In this document: positions 26,470 to 38,222 of the stretch, piece by piece
Layout: each line of letters starts with the position of its first letter
Numbering within the stretch: the first letter of the stretch is position 1
Assembly: GCA_026770705.1 (NCBI GenBank)
Contig: JANJGN010000026.1
Location: forward strand, 32,798,001 to 32,862,000
DNA: 64,000 nucleotides
Origin: Isurus oxyrinchus
Taxonomy: Eukaryota
Reading direction: 5' to 3'
Notes under the pieces: model-generated
Told to the model about the DNA's origin: nothing
The model's input: only the letters and a program-made list of their open reading frames with translations
Database searches by the model: none
Translations under genes and position numbers: made by a program

Positions 26470-26851
26470 CACAGTAACACCGCTCTCAGTCTCCCCGGTA
26501 CAACAGTCACGGACACTTCAACCTGCTGGGAACTCAGCATCCGACAGTAGAAACTTCCCAATTATTCAGCGGATTTAAATAACTAAACAATATTCAATGT
26601 TTCGAAGTATCTGTCGGTTCAAACTATTGTTTGTGAGGCCCTGAGCTCTGAGTAAATGATCCCAGGAACGAGATGTTCGCTTCATATAAACCGAGGAAAA
26701 TATCAAAGAAAGAGAACTGAATGGTGGAAATTACAATGAAATGTAGCCAGGTTCCAGCGATAAAAACATCAACCCGGCAATTCACTATCTGGGCCCGGAG
26801 AATTTATATTGTGATCGTAGAGAGGTATTTGCTTCGGTCTCTCCCATTGTG

Positions 26852-26869
26852 AACTGCCCCATCCACCCA
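26852..26869 (-). other. NAR-TCR D segment flanked by 12-RSSs
   Basis: TGGGTGGATGGGGCAGTT. 3' RSS CACAATG-12-GCAAATACC (26824-26851). 5' RSS CAGAGTG-12-ACAAAATCC (26870-26897, heptamer damaged). Confidence 0.85.
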
Positions 26870-27212
26870 CAGAGTGTTACAAGTCAATACAAAATCCCCC
26901 GGGCACTTGGTGAGATTTGGGGACGTTAGTTAAACATCGGGGACTGCGGTTCCCAGTTCCAGCTGTTAGGCCAGGATCACATCTGGTGTTAAGGGTTTGT
27001 AACTGCGATCAGTCATTCCCAATCCCATTCATTGACAGGAATCACGGGAAAGGCATCACCATTCGCACACATTCGGCATTTATAAAGCTCAAGATGTTAA
27101 CGGCTATAATCCAATCTCGTTATAAAATAGACTGTGCGGCAGACGGTGTGAGGCGGAACTGTGGGGGTTTAACCCCGTTTTTTTATTTGTATCTGTGATA
27201 ATCTGCAGTGCG

Positions 27213-27250
27213 AGTTTTTGTATCGCGGGAAGCCGAAGCCGGTCATTGTG
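27213..27250 (-). promoter_or_regulatory. RSS of NAR-TCR V (22-bp spacer)
   Basis: CACAATG - 22 nt - ACAAAAACT. Confidence 0.9.
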
Positions 27251-27507
27251 TGTATCTGTACGCAGCTTTACTGTAATAGTTGGCGGTGTCTTCAACTCTC
27301 ACATCCCGAATCTTACTTTATTCACCGACACAACAAATCTAACCCCGCTGGAGAACCGCTCTCCCTATGCCCCGGTGTGGGTTTGTCTGAAGAAATGTCC
27401 CCTTTGCAAGTAATGCCGCGAATTGAAAACACAGGTGATGGTGAGAGACTGACACTCCTTCTTGGTCACCGCTGCCGGGATTTGTGTCACTGATTGATTG
27501 AAGAAGC
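27251..27507 (-). pseudogene. NAR-TCR V (IgNAR-like V domain) pseudogene
   Basis: GFFNQSVTQIPAAVTKKECQSLTITCVFNSRHYLQRGHFFRQTHTGA*GERFSSGVRFVVSVNK/deletion/KIRDVRVEDTANYYSKAAYRY. Has the extra FR1 Cys, a short CDR2 region, a stop codon and YYC->YYS. Confidence 0.88.
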
Positions 27508-27645
27508 CTGGAAATTAAACAGAGAGAGTTTAATGGAACGAACCAGAGAACAGGGTTAAACGCCAGACAGTGTCTGTAATTAGGATGGACTCGGGCAGCT
27601 TTATATTAAATCCACACAATGTCGGTTTGTTTGATCGGTACTCGC

Positions 27646-27687
27646 GGGGTAAAAGACACACAGGGTGAAAACAAGCAGGATTCCCAT
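27646..27687 (-). pseudogene. Leader exon of NAR-TCR V
   Basis: MGILLVFTLCVFYP, damaged donor GCGAGT. TATAAA about 25-30 bp upstream and octamer-like GTGCAAAT at 27806-27813. Confidence 0.8.
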
Positions 27688-29909
27688 CGTTCTGCTGCCT
27701 GGAGCGGAGGGTTTATATGACGGCGAGCTGGAGACTGCAGCTCTGGACCGCACTGGGTGAGCGGACCTCAAAGCTGGACTGAAATACTTCAGGGGGATCG
27801 AGTTAATTTGCACAGAGCCGTTCCGCTGAGATCATTGATGGGCCGCACGGTTCCCGGGTCGCTGTCTAAGTGTTGTGTGAATAAGAGACAGATTTATAAA
27901 AGGAGGCTGCAATTTTCTGACTCTTCGTTTGGATTGTGGTCCGGATGTGAAAGCTCCTCCCACAATATTCTGGTGTTCAGCGGTGGGGGAGGGGAGCTTT
28001 TCTTTCTGCCAGTTCTGCTGCCGCCTTCCTTTCGCTACAGTAATAAACTGGGAGGTAGGTGCATGTGTTTGTATTCGGTGTTTTTTTTGACGATGGAACG
28101 TGGGCCCAGGGCACCGAGCGAATTCCCCGGTCCTGCTCCTGTTCCAATATTCCGGAGATTGATTAACATCGCTCTAAACAGGCTGATGGGACCTCAGTTA
28201 TTCTTCTGATCTGAAGGTCGGCGCCTCAGACCCGGCATCTTCGCTGCCTCAGCAATTGGGGGCCAGGTTGCAATATGGGGGAGCCCAGTGACATTACCAA
28301 TATCCTGGCAGATCTGCACACCATGCACATAAACTAATTAGGAGCTGATTAGCTCAGTTAGCTGGATTGCCAACAGCACGGGTTCCATTCGTGTCCTGGC
28401 TGAGGTATGCCTGGAACTTGTCTGCTCCTGCGATTGGAAGGCAGTGGCAAACCACCACAAACCATGCTACCAAGAAAACAGCTCAAGACGAAGAAGCCAC
28501 AGAAAATCTTCCAAGGACCTGCCCTCGTGCAACGCACAACTGAATAAATAACAAGAACCAATTCTCCCTGACATTTAGTAAAATGCTTCCCGCACCACCT
28601 CTGCGGTAGGGTATATGTATAATGGTGTTTAAGTTCAAGCTTGCTTATTTCCAGGTTGGGAATATTGAAAACTTCCGTTTGCAGGGACACAGAATGAAAC
28701 GATATTCGGAAGGGCAATCGACATTGGGGGAACCCCGTGCTTGTCGGTTGCTTTAAAGTTCACAGTCACTAACTTCTGTTCTGCAATATCTTACCCAGCA
28801 ACAGCAACACTCGACTGAAGAAACCCCGTGACAAGGCGGAGGTCAAAGGCCTCAAAAACTGACAGCGGAGTTCGCATGCTCAACATTGTGGGCAGTCACC
28901 GAAAGGTCATTAAAGGAAGAAACGGAAAGTAAGAACGGAAGCACGTCACACAAGCATGGCCGCTGATTGGGCCTGCAGTCGGTAAATTCACTTTTTGTAC
29001 ACGTCCAGCCAATTGGTGATAAGTTTTTAAATGTAACTAAAGAATGTTGCGTTGAAAATAATAATGTGTAAAACACGTTTTAAATAAACGTATAAATGTG
29101 TCGTACAGTTATAAACGTATGCAGTATAAATAGGGAATTAATCTAAACAGCATTAACAAAGGCATGGCCTGGTGTAATATAAATAGAGACAGCGTCTATT
29201 TCAGTAATCACTGAGGCAAAGCCTGGAGTAAAATGACTAGAGATAGCGTGGAGCTTAACGTAAACAGGGGTTTCATTTAGAGTGGTCAGATCAACGATAG
29301 GAACTATTGAAATCTAACCAGAGTCACGGGAAGTGCGAAATTAATTCAGATATGTCCCAGAATAATATAAACAAAGACATGGCCTTGTCTAATGTGCACT
29401 AAGATATAGACGATTTTAGTATAGTCTGAGTGCTGACCTGGCGCAATGTCAGCATATGCATGGCCTCGTCTAATGTAATTTAAATCATGTACAATGCAGT
29501 GTAACATAGAAATAGCCTAGTGCAACATAAACCGTTACAGAGCCTAGTATATCAATAATTGAGACAGGGCTAACGTAATGCAAGGAAAAATATGTCTACC
29601 ACCATAAGAAATAAGCTAGGGCCTCATGTCCTGTAAACAGAGGCACCGGCTATTGTACTATGAAGGGTCACTTTGTCCATTGTAAAATGAAAAGAGATGT
29701 AGTCTATTACAAATAACTGAAAAGTGACTCATGCAGCACCAACTGAGATGCAGTACAGTGTAGTTCGATTGAGAGACTGTCTAGTGTGATATACAGATAA
29801 GCATAAATAGTGTAGTGAGTAATAGCAAAAATAAGGTTAATATAGTATAAATAGAGGCATATCTTATGTAGTAGCAGGTGAGAAATCGTCTGCTAGAACA
29901 GTTCAGTGA

Positions 29910-30450
29910 ACATAAGAACATGGGACAGAGTAGGTCATTCAGACCTACTCTACCATTCAATAAGATCATGGCTGCCTTAGTTTTGTCTCAACTCCACTTT
30001 GCCGTCTGCCGCCACAGACGCCACCCCCAAACCCCCTCCCATCACCGCCCCCCCCCCCCCTCACCCCCCGCGCAACCCACCCACCCACCCATAACCCTTG
30101 CCTCCCTTGTTTATCTACTCTGCCTTGGATAAATTCAATGACAAATCCTCCACTGATTTTTAGGGGAAAGAGTTTCACGTCCTAACTACCCTTGAGACAA
30201 AAACGACCCTCATCTGCAACTTAAACGGTTGACCTCTTATTCCAAAGCGTGTCCCCCGGTCCTAGTCTCTCCCGCAAGTGGAAACAATCTTCTGGTACCA
30301 ACCCTTTCAAATTCCTCCAGAATCTTAGAAGTTTCAGTAAGATCACCTCTCATTCTTCTGAGCTCCACTGGGTATAGGCCAAACCTGCCCAACCTTTCTT
30401 AATAAGAAAAGCCTCTCATCGCATCAGTGAGTCGAGGGAACCTTCTCTGA
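29910..30450 (-). mobile_element. CR1 LINE 3' fragment
   Basis: GAACATAAGAACAT tail and AGATCACCTCTCATTCT (RMRGDL on - strand). Confidence 0.7.
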
Positions 30451-31001
30451 AGTGTTTCTAACACATTTATATATTAATTATTTATTATGTTCTTATGTAA
30501 TCAGTTCTTATTTCTTTGAAATCCTATTTTGTGATCGCTGTGTGTGAGAGTGGTAGAAGAGGTGTTAGGCATTAACAGCGATTTCAAACAGGTCAGCTGT
30601 ATATCTCTTAAAATATTTAGGGAACATTAAAGCATTTAAAAAAACGTAAAGGAAAAATACATGGACTAATCTGACGCCAAAAAGCACGAAATAATGGGGC
30701 ACGGGGCAGTGATTGGAAGGACGGTCTTTGATTCGCGATCAGGTGGCGAGTTCGGCATCTGCCATCGTCAGCTCTTCCTAATGAAGGCCCAAATGCACGG
30801 CTTGTGGGGAGGGGGAACCACAGAATTTTCAGCCAACAGTTCGCCCAAAGGAACAAATGGGAGTGAGAAATCGTGTATCAATCTGTTTGTTCACTGAGGT
30901 GCAGATTGTTACTTAATTGTCTCTTTGGAGACTCACATTTGGAATAAATGAGGGGCGCTATGGTGCACAGTTTCAGTAATTACTTGAGTTTCTGAGAGAG
31001 G

Positions 31002-31071
31002 ATGCACGGCCCAGCAAAAGGCCTCTTCTTCGCTATTTTCTATCCAATTCTCGCTCTTATTGGTGCCCCTG
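31002..31071 (+). CDS. GPR139/142-like class A GPCR, exon 1
   Basis: MHGPAKGLFFAIFYPILALIGAP+G, donor GTAAGT. Same 70-nt structure as the paralog exon at 20706-20775. Confidence 0.9.
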
Positions 31072-31947
31072 GTAAGTGATGGATCCCTAATAAATACTTG
31101 TGTTGATGTAAATCTCCAGAAGTTTAGTCTTTTCACTTTCAGGGTCTGAATGTTGGGGTCTGAAAACGAGCTCCAAAGTATATAGGTGCTCTGGATGATA
31201 TTATACTGTGTTATGCTGCTCTATTTACGTTACATTATGGGGCGTTACAAAATATTATTCAATAATGCTGCCCATTTAGAGAAATGCCTTTTATTAGAAT
31301 GCTGAGATATGAATTAAAGTGTTTGGCTTTGCCTGGACATTAACCTGTTATATTGTTGAACAATGCATTTTATTCTAATCCAGTCAAATTCAATCCAGCG
31401 TTTTCAGTGTTGAGCGGGATCATAGAGTATCTGAATGTACTGACCTGCATTCTCTGATCGTATCAATGTATCAGAACATGAATAATTACAGTGCTATCAT
31501 TATATTAGATAAATTATAATATAAAATACTTTCAATAATAATACAAATATACAATGCGATCTCTAGAATAATGTAAAAGTTGCGGTATACTGAGTTCCCA
31601 ATGGACCGCCCTCATTGTTAATGTGGGTTTAGGAATTAATAATGGAAAAGTTTGAAAAAAGGTGAGTGGAGATTCAAGATTTTTAATGTGTTATGGATTT
31701 TGTATTCTGCTGAAAAGCCTTGTGAATTTTGGATAGTTATATTTTTAATCATTAGCGGGATGTGGGTGTCCATGACAAGGTCAACATTAATCGCTCATTC
31801 AGATAAAAGCAAAACACGGCGAATGGTGGAAATCTGAAATTAAAACGGAAAACGCTGGAAAAACTCAGCAGGTATAGCAGCATCTGTGGAGAGAGAAACA
31901 GTGTCAACGTTTCCAGTCCGTTTGACCCCTCTTTTTGTCTCTCACAG

Positions 31948-32867
31948 CCAACTTGCTGGGGATCGTAATCCTGTCCCGACGGCGGTGCGGACTGTCCTGG
32001 TGCATCACCTACTACCTGGTGGCGATAGCAGTGAGCGATTTCCTGGTCATTATCACCGCCGTCATCCTCAATCGGATCGGCCGGATCTACTTTCAGGACA
32101 GTGTCCTGTCCACCACTCCCGCATGCGCACTCAGCGCCGTGCTGGTCTACTTCGCCCGGGATGGCTCAGTCTGGCTGACGGTCGCTTTCACCATCGACCG
32201 TTACGTGGCCATCTGCTGTCAGAGCCTGAAGACCAGATTCTGCACTGAGAAAACTGCATTGCTGGTTATAGGGCTGGTCAGTGCCCTGAGCTGCGTGAGG
32301 AACATCCCTTACTATTTCACCTACCAGCCTTTGTACATCCAGGATGGGGTGCCCTGGTTCTGTGCGGTTAAGCCTACCTATTACACTTTGCCCGCCTGGC
32401 AGGTCTACGATTGGCTGGACCACATCTTAACTCCTTTCCTCCCATTCCTCCTCATTCTGCTGCTCAATGCCCTGACCGTAAGGCACATCTTAGTGGCCAG
32501 CAGAGCCCGCAGGAGGCTCCGGGGCACCGAGGGTCACGGAGACCAGGAGATGGCTAACCGCAAGCGATCCATTGGCCTGCTTTTCGCCATCTCCCTCAGC
32601 TTCGTCCTCCTGTGGGTCACCTTTGTTGGACATTTCCTCTACATTCGGATTTCAGGGGAGGGCTATCTGACCAGCCTGGGTTTCAATGACCCACAGTACA
32701 TCCTCCAGGAGACAGCAAACATGCTCCAGTTAGTCAGTTCTTGCAACAATGTCTTCATCTATGCAGTGGCCCAGAAAAGATTCCGGGAGGAGCTGAAGAA
32801 GATGCTCATGTGTCCCTTCACGACCGTCACTGTTTGTTTTAAACACGGTAAAACGTTCTGTTGTTAA
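31948..32867 (+). CDS. GPR139/142-like class A GPCR, exon 2 (spliced protein 329 aa, intact)
   Basis: Acceptor ctcacag|. ANLLGIVILSRRRCGLS...AVSDFLV...TIDRYVAIC...PFLLILLLNALTVRHI...SSCNNVFIYAVAQKRFREEL. Seven hydrophobic segments, DRY motif, no disruptions. Confidence 0.92.
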
Positions 32868-33357
32868 TTCATTTTCATCATAGTGGTACACTCTGTAGCA
32901 GCTCTCTCTCTCTCTCTCCCTCTCTCTCCTCCGTGCTCTCTCTCTCTCTCTCTCTCTTTCTCCAGAACCAGAACGTCCTTGGCTGACGCTCTCTTGCTTG
33001 AGAGATATTAGCCTCATACTCCAGTGCTGACAGTGTCCCTTTGGCCCTGAATGAACACTGAACTATCGCAGTTGCTGCCTTCCTGTTTGAGACACTAAAC
33101 CACTGTGAGTATCTGCCCTCTCATGTGGAATGTGAATGTCCCATGGTCGCAATTTCAAAAAGGAGCAGGAAGAGCTTTCCCCAGGTTCCTACAATAATTG
33201 TCCCTCATTTAACACCATTGAAAACAGCGATCTGATTATTTCTCCAGTTATATTTGTGAAATCTTGCTCTGTGCGCATTTGCTGACGTGTTTCCCACATT
33301 ACACTGGGGGAAGACTTGATTGGCAGGAAAACACCTCAGGAAATCCTGAGGTCGGTT

Positions 33358-33582
33358 NNNNNNNNNNNNNNNNNNNNNNNNNNNNNNNNNNNNNNNNNNN
33401 NNNNNNNNNNNNNNNNNNNNNNNNNNNNNNNNNNNNNNNNNNNNNNNNNNNNNNNNNNNNNNNNNNNNNNNNNNNNNNNNNNNNNNNNNNNNNNNNNNNN
33501 NNNNNNNNNNNNNNNNNNNNNNNNNNNNNNNNNNNNNNNNNNNNNNNNNNNNNNNNNNNNNNNNNNNNNNNNNNNNNNNNNN
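33358..33582. other. Assembly gap (225 N)
   Basis: Run of N. Confidence 1.
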
Positions 33583-35043
33583 TTCTTGTTTTATTCCTCC
33601 CACTTCGCAGACACAAGTTCCACTAACGTTCATCTTAACACTTAAAACAAAGTATTTGATGGGATGGGAAGTGGGATTTTTGAGCATTGAATTGTGATCT
33701 GGCTTCTGCTGCATGAAAAGGAGCTGGACGCACATTCAATACCAAGTTTCAAAAGTTAATTTAGTAAATTCTAGGGTGACATTTGATTAAGAACGGGTAA
33801 CTATAACTAACCGGGTTGCTCTTTCAGAGACCAGGCATACACGCCGTGACCATCTGATCTGCTATTTTGCTTTATGGTTGCAAACAGCGATGTTCGTTAC
33901 CTCAGGCCACACGAATCATCTCTCTCAGTGAATAAAGTGCTTTTCGAGAAACGCTGAATCACATTTGTGCAGCCGCAGGTCCCTAATTTCATGCTAATCA
34001 CTGAAAACAAACGATCAGTTCATCGTTGTTTGGGATGAGGGGCTTATCTTATGAAGAAATCTTGAATAATTTCGATCAATAGCCAGTGGAATTTGGAAGA
34101 ATGAAAGGTGAACTTACTGAAAAATGTAGGAGCCTGAGGGGGTTGGAGGTGGGGGGTGGGGGGGAGGTGGTACGGGGGTTGGAGGTGGGAGGGATAATGC
34201 GGGTAGGCTGGTGCTGCGTCTTGACAAGGTAGATACCGAAAGGATGTTTCCACTTGTGGGAGTGACCAGAACTAGGGGACAGAGTTTAGCATTAAGGGAC
34301 CTTGATGAGGAGATTTGTTCTTCTCTTAGAGGGTTGTTTGTCTGTGGAATTCTCTTTTCTAGAAAGCAGTGGAGGCTGGTCATTAAACATATTCAAGGGT
34401 GAGTTATGTTGTGCCAATACAAGGCAGATTTTTGATAGGCAAGGGAGTTAGGGGCCAGACGGGAATATGGAATAGAGACCACAAACAGATCAGCCATGAA
34501 CGTATGGAATGGTGGATCCGGTTATGTGGGCTGAACAGCCCACTCCTGCTTAAAGTCCCATTGTCATATATTTTTTTGTTTGGCGAGAGAGTGCTGATGT
34601 GTGTGGGTGGTCTGAAACCCAGAATGACATTAACATCGCCCAGTGTATCATAAACAGCGACATGGGACAGCCTAATCTGATAAGAGCTAAACAATTGTCA
34701 ATTGTAACACGAACAAAACCATAATGTGCCCTCACCTAATCACACAATAAGATCTAATCTCATAAAAGGTGATCTGGTTTAAGCTAATAGACACAAGATC
34801 CAATAAGTCAATAACAGAGATAGGAACAAAGCTAATATAAAAGTGCACATTCCCTACTTCAATGAAAACTGAGGCACGGACTTGCATAACGTAAACAGAG
34901 ACAAGCTCAATTACAATAATAATTGAAAACGGATCTTGTGTGACGTAAACAATGGTATTTCTTTGCAATCTATGAAATAATGCAGAGTCTAATGCGATAT
35001 TACCAGCAACATGCATTTGTAAACATTCAGAATGATGTGTTTC

Positions 35044-35928
35044 GTGCTTTCTACACACTTCTACTCTACGTACGAATTATGCAAACATGCATAATACAAC
35101 ACATGCGTACATGGTTTACTTTTACACACGCAAACACACACACAGACACACACAGAATTGGGAGGGCACAACGCCAGCGTGAAGTAGTAGACTTTCACAC
35201 ACCACATTTGTCTCTAAATATTGCAATGTACGGCGCACACGATAAGGATCTAATCCCGCTTCCTTCTCGGAGATTGTTTAAAGATTCACCCCAACTTCTC
35301 CACCACTTATTACATCCTGAGGATCTCAGAAAGCGACAAGTTCATACTTGTTTTCAAATATAGTCCATATTGTAGGGCAGAAATGTTATTTACACAGGGA
35401 CAGGAGGGAATATACAATTATTTGTCAGGAAGTTTTGCCAATCTGAACCTATCGGGAATAAAGATATTGCAGAATCCAGCTAGTTTCTGGGAAATTTCAA
35501 TTTGTGACCAATAACAAAAATTCCATTATGTCACAAAATGATCATCATATCTCAACATCTGTTTATGAGTTATTGAGTAACCAATCTGGATGAAGAAATT
35601 GCTGGTCCTTTACTTCGGACTACCGGATGCCATTGGACCATGAAATGCAATGATTCCCAGAGCTCATTGTCTAACCCTCCTTTGTTATGTGCTTTCTACA
35701 CACTTCTACTCTACATACGAATGTTGCAAACATGCATAATACAATACATGTGTACATGGATTACTTTTACACACGCACACACACAGAGAATTGGTTGGGC
35801 ACAACGCCAGCGTGAATTAGTAGACTTTCATGCACCACATTTGTCTCTAAATAGTGCAACGTACGGCGCTCACAATAAGGGACTAATCCCGCTTCCTCCT
35901 CGAAGATTGTTAAAAGATTCACCCCAAC
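35044..35928. repeat. ~250-bp direct repeat pair (35044-35297 and 35689-35928)
   Basis: GTGCTTTCTACACACTTCTACTC...AAAGATTCACCCCAACT in both copies. Confidence 0.9.
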
Positions 35929-36534
35929 TGCAAATTATGTACAAGCTCTTGCCCTGAATGTACCATTGTATGAAGTGAAGTGTCACGGAACAAAGATGTT
36001 TCCTGTTATCTCCTTGGCACCAGTAAACGGGTGCTTCGGCACGCTTTGACCAAAGGTGAAATGTTGGAGCGCCAACCTGCGGAAAACAATGACTCTGAAT
36101 TTCGACACGAATATTGCTGCATGAATTTGCTGAAATGTTATTACTTGAGACCGTAATGAATATTATAATTTTGATTATACTATTATTATAACTTCTCTAT
36201 TCTTTTCCATTCGCTGCCGTTGCTCTTTTATGTAAATTGGGAGATTATTTGTCTCAGTTCTCTTATGTGCCCAATTAACTAAGACAATATATGCTCATTT
36301 GCATTCTCTTTAATGATTCCACCATTATAAGATTAGGTTGCAATTTGGTTAAAAAAATCAGCCTGACCAATTCATTAAGCATCAAAGGTGGACACAAAGT
36401 TGAATAGGTCCATCAATTACGGGAGATGGGTATTTGTTATTTCTGTGTTTGTGTGTGTATGTGTGTGTATGCGTGTGAACGTGCTGTTCACCAGCCAAGC
36501 ATGTCACTCAGGGACATCATTAGTTACTCAGCGA

Positions 36535-36780
36535 GAAATTCTCCCTCCACACTACCCTATCAAACACTGACAGGACAAGTGCTCCACGGTTATGATACAA
36601 AATAAATCTCATTCTACGCTGCTCAAACACTCTTATCCAGAGTCACTACTGCATGGGTTAAATACAGTATAAAATCTACCTCTGCACTGGCCTAAAAATA
36701 ATTACAGGGTGGATAGAACAGGGATAAGCTGCAGAGTGCATCTCCCTCTACACTCTACCAACAAAGACTCCTAGTCCTCT
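36535..36780. repeat. Degenerate ~68-bp tandem repeat (CTCCCTCTACACT...CAAACACT...GGGTTAGATACAGAGTAAA-like)
   Basis: About 3-4 diverged units by eye. Confidence 0.55.
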
Positions 36781-37063
36781 CACCACAAATGAATGTGAAG
36801 ATATTCTGTTTCGATGAGCGCAGATTATGCGCGAAATTGTGAAATTAATTAACTTGTAACTTCTAAATCATTAGAAATAATATTTTATTCTATCGAATTA
36901 CTGAGATGGTGTACTTTACACATCGAAATTACATTTCTAAAGGCTTGTGTGTCTCTCACATCTGAAGCCCGTGACTTGTTGTCTCCTCAGTCCCCATGCC
37001 CAGTAAGTTCTCATATATGCTCCTTGTTCATATATGCTCATAAATGCTCTTTATTTCACGGTA

Positions 37064-37305
37064 TCTCACTTCACTGTAACATAACGTAAAGTCTGGCAGT
37101 TGAATCGTGTTAACAGTGAAAGTGGTGGAGGCTACCTCACGGTTCACAGATACTGTAAACCTTCTCCCAATTCATCTCTGTCTGTGAAGACAAGATACTC
37201 GGGAGCTTGATTGGAGAATTGCCAGTACCAGAGTACGAGTTCTAGCCCGAAAGTTCTCCGATACATCGATATCTGAAATGTCTCCGAGTGACAAGAGCAG
37301 CTTCC
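37064..37305 (-). pseudogene. Highly degenerate TCR V remnant
   Basis: LVLWYWQFSNQAPEYLV.../RRFTVSVNREVASTTFTVNTIQLPDFTLCYSEVR, followed by TACCGTG (37057-37063). Confidence 0.65.
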
Positions 37306-37389
37306 AAAACAAGAGTAACATTAAATTAATGATATATGCAAGCAGAAATAAATAAAGTGCTTGCAGATTTCAGCAACATAAGCGGTCTG

Positions 37390-37456
37390 TGTATCTATCT
37401 ATCTATCGATTTATCTATCTATCTATCAATCGATCGATCGATCCCTCTATCCATCC

Positions 37457-37487
<31 letters not shown>

Positions 37488-37520
37488 GATCGATCTATCT
37501 ATTTTTAATCTATCTAACCA
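37390..37520. repeat. (ATCT)n microsatellite
   Basis: Direct reading. Confidence 0.9.
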
Positions 37521-37942
37521 CGTAACTAATGATCTTTCGATCTATTCGCCTGCCTTACTATCTGCGCGCCTGCCTGTCTCCCTGTATATCTATCGACTTA
37601 TCCAACTGTCCGTCTATATATTTATTTCCTTGTTTTTCTAACTTTTTCCCGCATCTCTATCGATCTAAGTATTTGAGGGCAAGAGTTATTTTTCTGTTTG
37701 TCTTTTCATTTTCTAAGTTGAACAACCACACATAGAAATATTTACCTAATATGTTTCGATAATCTGTAGCTGTAACACCAGCTATAGGATGTTGTAACTT
37801 TAATTTTAAACATGGGAACGTGACATTCCTGAATATCACCAGCATTTCTAAAGGTCCTGGGTTCGGGAAAATTTAACGGCACAGCAGACACACGACAGTG
37901 AACAAGGCATTGGAAAGCAGAATCCGTCTTTGTCTCACTGTG

Positions 37943-38222
37943 TCCCCATCGCACAGTAACAAATTCTGACGCCCTGGGCCACAGTTTTAACTATAGACAT
38001 GGTATTGAACGTCTTCACTCAGTCAAAGGACAGTGTGTAGCGTCCTTTGGACATATTCCCCTGGTAAATAGAGGCGATAAATTTCGCAGCCCCTGTCGGT
38101 GTTTGTCTGTACCAGGCAATGGTACTGCTGTACCAACCGAGAGCCGATAATCCAGTTCAATCCGTTCCCTTTCCCGAGATAACACCTGCTCAGGATAGGA
38201 GCTCTGATCCTCACACTGAACA
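37943..38222 (-). pseudogene. TCR V pseudogene
   Basis: VQCEDQSSYPEQV.../SSTIAWYRQTPTGAAKFIASIYQGNMSKGRYTLSFD*VKT...CYCAMG. CACAGTG at 37936-37942, nonamer lost. Confidence 0.75.

Noticed and set aside
31935-31947. ORF-track start of the GPCR
   Set aside because: Lies in the intron polypyrimidine tract. The real start is exon 1 at 31002.
33205-33735. ORFs of 105-176 aa
   Set aside because: Artefacts of reading through the N gap.
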